Source: a virus
Taxonomy: Duplodnaviria; Heunggongvirae; Uroviricota; Caudoviricetes
Virus record (IMG/VR): IMGVR_UViG_2778261453_000020
DNA length: 10,710 bases
Strand: one strand, 5' to 3'
This document shows, one piece after another, positions 7,436 to 10,710 of the stretch (positions within the stretch are counted from its first letter, which is position 1; every line of letters begins with the position of its first letter). Under the pieces are notes generated by a model. The model was not told the DNA's origin and ran no database searches. It was given only the letters and a program-made list of their open reading frames with translations. Both the position numbers and the translations under genes were made by a program.

Positions 7436-7598
7436 GGCACACCCCCTGACGAATACGGGCGACAAAAATCAGATGTGCGTGCGGCAGCTGCGCACGGGCT
7501 TCGCGCTCAGTGGCAGCGGTAACGGTGAAAATATCAATGTTGCTGTGGTGGCACTGCATAAAGCGCCAGACAAAGTAAGGGCGTGCGGATACAGCCAT
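7425..7598 (-). CDS. Icd-like (host cell-division inhibitor family) small protein, 57 aa
   Basis: MAVSARPYFVWRFMQCHHSNIDIFTVTAATEREARAQLPHAHLIFVARIRQGVCHVQ*, with GGGAG 8 nt upstream of the ATG. Paralogous to the 7885-8082 ORF (shared FVWRF, TEREAR, ARIRQG). The Icd-like assignment is from memory of P1/P4-type family patterns. Confidence 0.5.
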   Translation of the reverse strand: MAVSARPYFVWRFMQCHHSNIDIFTVTAATEREARAQLPHAHLIFVARIRQGVCHVQ

Positions 7599-7762
7599 GT
7601 GAAAGGCTCCCAGATGAATTATAAGGAGTCTCGCTACTACGCTGCTAAACGGGGTGGCGAGACGTAACAGGGTTAGCAGACTGGTCATCTGGAAACCAGC
7701 GAGCGCAAAGGCTCCCCCGTTACGCCCCGCCATAATGCGGGTATGGGTAGGTTTACGGACAC

Positions 7763-7884
7763 AAAAAAACCGCTTATCGGATGTGGGCGGCTGTCCGCCA
7801 GATGTATTCAGGCTGCTAAACCCGGTCGCCATGTGGGCGACGGGGGAAGCATACAGCCCCGTGATAATTTTTTGCAAGCGGTTT
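7763..7884 (-). ncRNA. Candidate structured RNA (multi-stem, cloverleaf-like) ending in a U7 tract, between the two Icd-like genes
   Basis: On the minus strand, AAAAACCGCUU (7884-7874) can pair with AAGCGGUUUUU (7775-7765). This encloses hairpins GGGG/CCCC, GUCGCC-CACAU-GGCGAC and GGCGG-ACAG-CCGCC. Folds were judged by eye only. Confidence 0.25.
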
Positions 7885-8082
7885 TTACGCATGATGTGAC
7901 CCCTGACGAATACGGGCGGCGAATACAGCAACACAACCTGACGGGCAACGGTTACGCGCTTCGCGTTCCGTCCAGGCGGTTACGTGGATGATTTGAGATT
8001 CTCCGGCACTCAGGGCCAGAAAACGCCACACAAAGGCCGTTTGTGTGTGTACAAGGTGTGGTATATGATTTACGGCAACCAT
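7885..8082 (-). CDS. Icd-like small protein, 65 aa
   Basis: MVAVNHIPHLVHTQTAFVWRFLALSAGESQIIHVTAWTEREARNRCPSGCVAVFAARIRQGSHHA*, with AGGAG 5 nt upstream of the ATG. The track shows this as the 3' end of a 288-aa ORF, which I reject. Confidence 0.5.
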   Translation of the reverse strand: MVAVNHIPHLVHTQTAFVWRFLALSAGESQIIHVTAWTEREARNRCPSGCVAVFAARIRQGSHHA

Positions 8083-8170
8083 AACGGCTCCTAGTTTACG
8101 TTGTTGGTTAGACGCCCCGTATGTGTTCCCAGCACTGCGGGGCGTTGATTTTTGTGTAATGGCAAGTACA

Positions 8171-8219
8171 ATGGTAATTACCATGTAGGTATAGTAATGA
8201 AGGGTAATTACCATGTCAA
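8171..8219 (-). promoter_or_regulatory. Sigma70-like promoter (TTGACA-17-TACTAT) for the icd/replication operon with two palindromic operators
   Basis: Minus-strand -35 TTGACA (8219-8214), 17-nt spacer, -10 TACTAT (8196-8191). Perfect palindrome GGTAATTACC at 8203-8212 sits in the spacer. ATGGTAATTACCAT at 8171-8184 sits at about +1 to +14. Confidence 0.5.
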
Positions 8220-8386
8220 CACCATTAGAAAAACGTTCGCCTCCATACCAAATGCGATTACCGGAAGACTTCAGAGCGCAGCTAGAAGAAGCAGCTAAGG
8301 CCGATGGCGACACATCTTTAGCCACTTGGATTAAACGCGTTCTCCGCAAAGAATTACAGCAACGCGGCATAGAACCCAAAGGATAA
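8213..8386 (+). CDS. Ribbon-helix-helix (Arc/MetJ-like) DNA-binding protein, 57 aa; candidate repressor
   Basis: Hand translation MSTPLEKRSPPYQMRLPEDFRAQLEEAAKADGDTSLATWIKRVLRKELQQRGIEPKG*. YQMRLPEDFRAQLEEAAKADG...SLATWIKRVL fits the beta-strand/helix/helix pattern of Arc-type repressors. It is divergent from the operator-bearing promoter. Not in the supplied track; its own promoter was not identified. Confidence 0.55.
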   Translation: MSTPLEKRSPPYQMRLPEDFRAQLEEAAKADGDTSLATWIKRVLRKELQQRGIEPKG

Positions 8387-8443
8387 AAACTATCAGCGCC
8401 GTGGTGTGAGGTATTACGGCGCATTGCTATGCAGGACAACACA

Positions 8444-8617
8444 ATGACCGATAAAGAATTGACCAAAACATTATCACCGGCACGGAAAAGACGGCGCAGA
8501 AAGATAGAGCATGAATCAGAAAGATTCGCGCCATGTGCTTTTGCCCTTGAGCAATTCCTTAAAGAGTATAGGGAAAAGCGCTCATTGCAGGTATGGCAAC
8601 GAACTGAACCAGACTGA
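8444..8617 (+). CDS. Possible small basic protein with arginine-rich motif, 57 aa
   Basis: In-frame part of track ORF 8429-8617; AGGA lies 7 nt upstream of the ATG at 8444. Contains ARKRRRRK. It sits between the RHH gene and the terminator at 8712-8739. Coding status is uncertain. Confidence 0.25.
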   Translation: MTDKELTKTLSPARKRRRRKIEHESERFAPCAFALEQFLKEYREKRSLQVWQRTEPD

Positions 8618-8711
8618 TTGCATTGCCCACCAGCCTGATAGCGGCTATCATCCCCGTGCTTATTTTTGGGATCACATACACATAAGGCGCAGCGGGTTAA
8701 TTGTTCAGAAA

Positions 8712-8739
8712 GGCGGCTCCATATCGGGGCCGCTTTTTT
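8712..8739 (+). terminator. Rho-independent terminator
   Basis: GCGGCUCC-AUAUC-GGGGCCGC (8-bp stem with one G-U pair) followed by U6 at 8734-8739. The reverse-strand hairpin has a mismatch and a poor U-tract. Confidence 0.65.
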
Positions 8740-8765
8740 CGTGTTTGTCATATCTGTGATACCCG

Positions 8766-8972
8766 TTAAGCAGCCGTTCCGCGTGCTTCCTGTTCGCGTT
8801 CTTTCTGCCAGGCCAACACATCATCCTCATACCATCCGCGACGGCGTAAACCAACGCGAAAACCCTGCGGAAATTCTCCGGCGTTGATCATGCTTTGCAG
8901 CGTGCTGTCTGCCTTGATGTGGATAATTTTTTTTACTTCCTGGCGAAAGATAATTTTTCTGATTGCTTCCAT
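8766..8972 (-). CDS. alpA: AlpA-family (phage Vis/AlpA-type) DNA-binding regulator, 68 aa
   Basis: ...KIIHIKADSTLQSMINAGEFPQGFRVGLRRRGWYEDDVLAWQKERE... matches the AlpA helix-turn-helix pattern. It lies next to a P4-type integrase, as is usual for such islands. Confidence 0.7.
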   Translation of the reverse strand: MEAIRKIIFRQEVKKIIHIKADSTLQSMINAGEFPQGFRVGLRRRGWYEDDVLAWQKEREQEARGTAA

Positions 8973-9105
8973 CGTGATTTACCTTGTGAATCCGGTGTAT
9001 TCCGGTGACAAATACGGTAAATCATCGGATATGGGTAAAAACAGTTCCCACCGTTTTTAAACGGTATACACCGTTTTTTATATTGATGATTTGAAATGGA
9101 ATTAT

Positions 9106-9129
9106 AAAAAAAGCGGCATTTCTGCCGCT
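9106..9129 (-). terminator. Rho-independent terminator after the integrase operon
   Basis: Minus strand reads GCGGCA-GAAA-UGCCGC followed by U7, 11 nt after the stop of ORF 9140-9391. Confidence 0.65.
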
Positions 9130-9139
9130 TCCAGGATTG

Positions 9140-9391
9140 TTACCGCCATTTTTTGGGCCTGCCTCCGATCTTCATAGATGCCGGACGTACGACCTTATCA
9201 ATACTTACCGCCAGATTTCTGGAAGCGCCACGGGATACCAGAAAATCTACTACCTGTTTTTTTGATGGGGCCGTCGTCCTGTCCTCCGGATCGTAGGTTG
9301 ACCAAAATTCATGCTGAACCATCAGGGCCAGTTGCAGCCCGTCGCAATTGCATCTGATATTTTTTTGCATCTTAACGGTTTCATGTTTCAC
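9140..9391 (-). CDS. Hypothetical small basic protein downstream of the integrase (83 aa from GTG, 76 aa from ATG at 9370)
   Basis: Track ORF with GTG start and weak Shine-Dalgarno sequences at both candidate starts. Basic C-terminus ...KIGGRPKKWR. Coding status is uncertain. Confidence 0.35.
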   Translation of the reverse strand: MKHETVKMQKNIRCNCDGLQLALMVQHEFWSTYDPEDRTTAPSKKQVVDFLVSRGASRNLAVSIDKVVRPASMKIGGRPKKWR

Positions 9392-9468
9392 GGCCTTGTC
9401 GTTAAATTTGATGCAATTATACGACGGTTTTACATGGTTTTCGTAGTTTTTACTGGTTTTCTGTACAG

Positions 9469-10710
9469 CTACACGGCTCGGATACCCCTTTTACCACTGG
9501 CGAGGGTTACGCCCGTCGCCGCAGCCTCGACAAATTCGCCCCACCAGCGCATCAGCACGATGCGTTTTTCTATGTAGTTGCTCCGGTTGTATGCCCGTCT
9601 AACTTCGTTGGTGTCGACGTGGGCAAGTGCCGCCTCTATTACGTCCGGCTCGAATCCTTCCTCGTTCGCTGCTGTGCTGAATATGGCGCGTAATCCATGA
9701 GACACCAGCACGCCAGCAAATCCCATACGCCGCAATGCTGCGTTAGCTGTCTGGCTGTTCATCGGCTGCTGTGGGTCTTTCAGGCTTGGGAAAACGTAAT
9801 TGCGGTGGTGGCTGATTGGTTTCATGGCCTCCAGCACCGCCATAGCCTGACCGGAAAGCGGGATAACGTGATCCCTGCGCATCTTCATGCGTCCGGCAGG
9901 TATCGTCCATTGCTTCGCGTCCAGGTTGATTTCATCCCACCGCGTTGATGACGCTTCGGCGGGACGGGTTACGGTCAGTAACTGCCATTCAATCAGTAAT
10001 CTGGTCTGCCGTTCTGTTGCCGATACTGATAAAGCCTGCATAAGCTCCGGCAGCTGTTCGGGGCGGATTGTTGGCATATGTTTTTTTACAGGTGAGGGAA
10101 ACGCCTTACGCACATTCATAGCCGGATTGGCATCAATCAGCCCACTGTTGGCGGCGTAATCCATTACCTCATTAACGCGCTGTAAAACCCGCTTGAGTGT
10201 TTCCAGGTTGCCGCGCTCCTTGATGGGTGTAAGCACCTCAACGAATCTTCGGGCGGTGAGGGTATCTATTGGCGTGTTGCCGATGAACGGGAATACATAT
10301 TTATCCAGCGAACGCCAGATGTCTTTAATCGTGTTGGGGGCCAGATTCTGGCTGATTTTCACCTGGTACCATGCCGCCGCCACATTTTCGAACGTGTTCC
10401 CTTGTCTTCGGGCCTCTGTCTCTCTTTTTTGCCTCTCGTGGTCCTGCGGGTCAGTTCCGGCACGAATTAACGCCCTGTACTCGCTACGGCGTTTTCTGGC
10501 ATCAGCCAGGGAAACATCTTCAAGCGATCCAAAACTCAGCAATATTCTTTTTTTGTCCGATGGTCGGTAGTAGGAAAATCTCCAGAGTTTTGATCCAGAC
10601 GGTTTGACCAGGAGAAAAAGCCCTCCGCCGTCCTGCAGGGTGTACTCCTTTTGCGCTGGTCTGGCTGCTTTGATCTGCACTGTGGTTAATGGGTGTGTTT
10701 TTCTCGCCAT
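9469..10710 (-). CDS. P4-type tyrosine integrase, 413 aa
   Basis: N-terminal ...GLFLLVKPSGSKLWRFSYYRP... arm-binding-like domain. Catalytic-core motifs: R in ...TVTRPAEAS..., HGLRAIF (H-x-x-R), and ...ALAHVDTNEVRRAYNRSNYIEKR with the likely catalytic Tyr. The ATG is the final base of the window, so the promoter and attachment site are outside it. Confidence 0.85.
   Translation of the reverse strand: MARKTHPLTTVQIKAARPAQKEYTLQDGGGLFLLVKPSGSKLWRFSYYRPSDKKRILLSFGSLEDVSLADARKRRSEYRALIRAGTDPQDHERQKRETEARRQGNTFENVAAAWYQVKISQNLAPNTIKDIWRSLDKYVFPFIGNTPIDTLTARRFVEVLTPIKERGNLETLKRVLQRVNEVMDYAANSGLIDANPAMNVRKAFPSPVKKHMPTIRPEQLPELMQALSVSATERQTRLLIEWQLLTVTRPAEASSTRWDEINLDAKQWTIPAGRMKMRRDHVIPLSGQAMAVLEAMKPISHHRNYVFPSLKDPQQPMNSQTANAALRRMGFAGVLVSHGLRAIFSTAANEEGFEPDVIEAALAHVDTNEVRRAYNRSNYIEKRIVLMRWWGEFVEAAATGVTLASGKRGIRAV

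Larger units (their letters stand above)
2004..10710 (-). mobile_element. Integrated phage-satellite-like element (PICI / P4-like), right boundary outside window
   Basis: Co-oriented modules: integrase, AlpA, Icd-like/RHH control region, RepA-like helicase with iterons, SSB, TerS and capsid-like protein. The left limit is placed at the bidirectional terminator after the autotransporter; no att repeat could be identified. Confidence 0.5.

Noticed and set aside
7618-7623. TATAAT hexamer as a dedicated promoter for Icd-like gene 1
   Set aside because: It lies only 6 nt from the ribosome-binding site and has no convincing -35 element, so I cannot separate it from read-through of the upstream promoter.
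7425-7934. 169-aa ORF on the minus strand
   Set aside because: The N-terminal 112 codons cross the structured intergenic region and overlap the upstream Icd-like gene in another frame. A good ribosome-binding site and the paralogue similarity support the 57-aa start at 7598. The stop-free frame is still recorded as an oddity in the findings.
7885-8751. 288-aa ORF on the minus strand
   Set aside because: Only its last 65 codons have a ribosome-binding site and resemble the neighbouring Icd-like protein. The upstream part runs through the promoter/operator region and antisense to the RHH gene, and is low-complexity and Cys/Ser-rich.
8511-8759. 82-aa plus-strand ORF
   Set aside because: It overlaps the better-supported 8444-8617 frame and runs through the terminator hairpin.

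Overview
This window looks like a compact integrated phage-satellite-like element (PICI / P4-like), about 2.0-10.7 kb, lying next to an IS2-interrupted autotransporter gene. Everything below is read from the sequence by eye and from memory of protein families; no searches or folding were run. Left edge (1-302): the 3' end of an IS2 copy, inside an autotransporter adhesin gene whose C-terminal part runs 303-1910. The element is almost entirely on the minus strand. From right to left: a P4-type tyrosine integrase (9469-10710, its ATG is the last base of the window), a small ORF, an AlpA-family regulator, two tandem Icd-like small proteins, four short unknown ORFs, a RepA-like helicase, an array of TCCCCACT octamer repeats (candidate origin), an SSB, two small ORFs, a small terminase subunit preceded by a GC-rich dyad and GTAAC repeats (candidate packaging site), and an HK97-fold major-capsid-like protein. 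A 57-aa ribbon-helix-helix ORF missing from the ORF track (8213-8386, +) sits divergently at a promoter bracketed by two GGTAATTACC palindromes. No terL, portal, rRNA, tRNA or CRISPR array is visible. The attachment site and any tRNA/tmRNA target must lie beyond 10710. Several long ORFs in the supplied track (288 aa, 169 aa, 544 aa from nt 276, 208 aa) are read-through artefacts and are resolved into shorter genes below.
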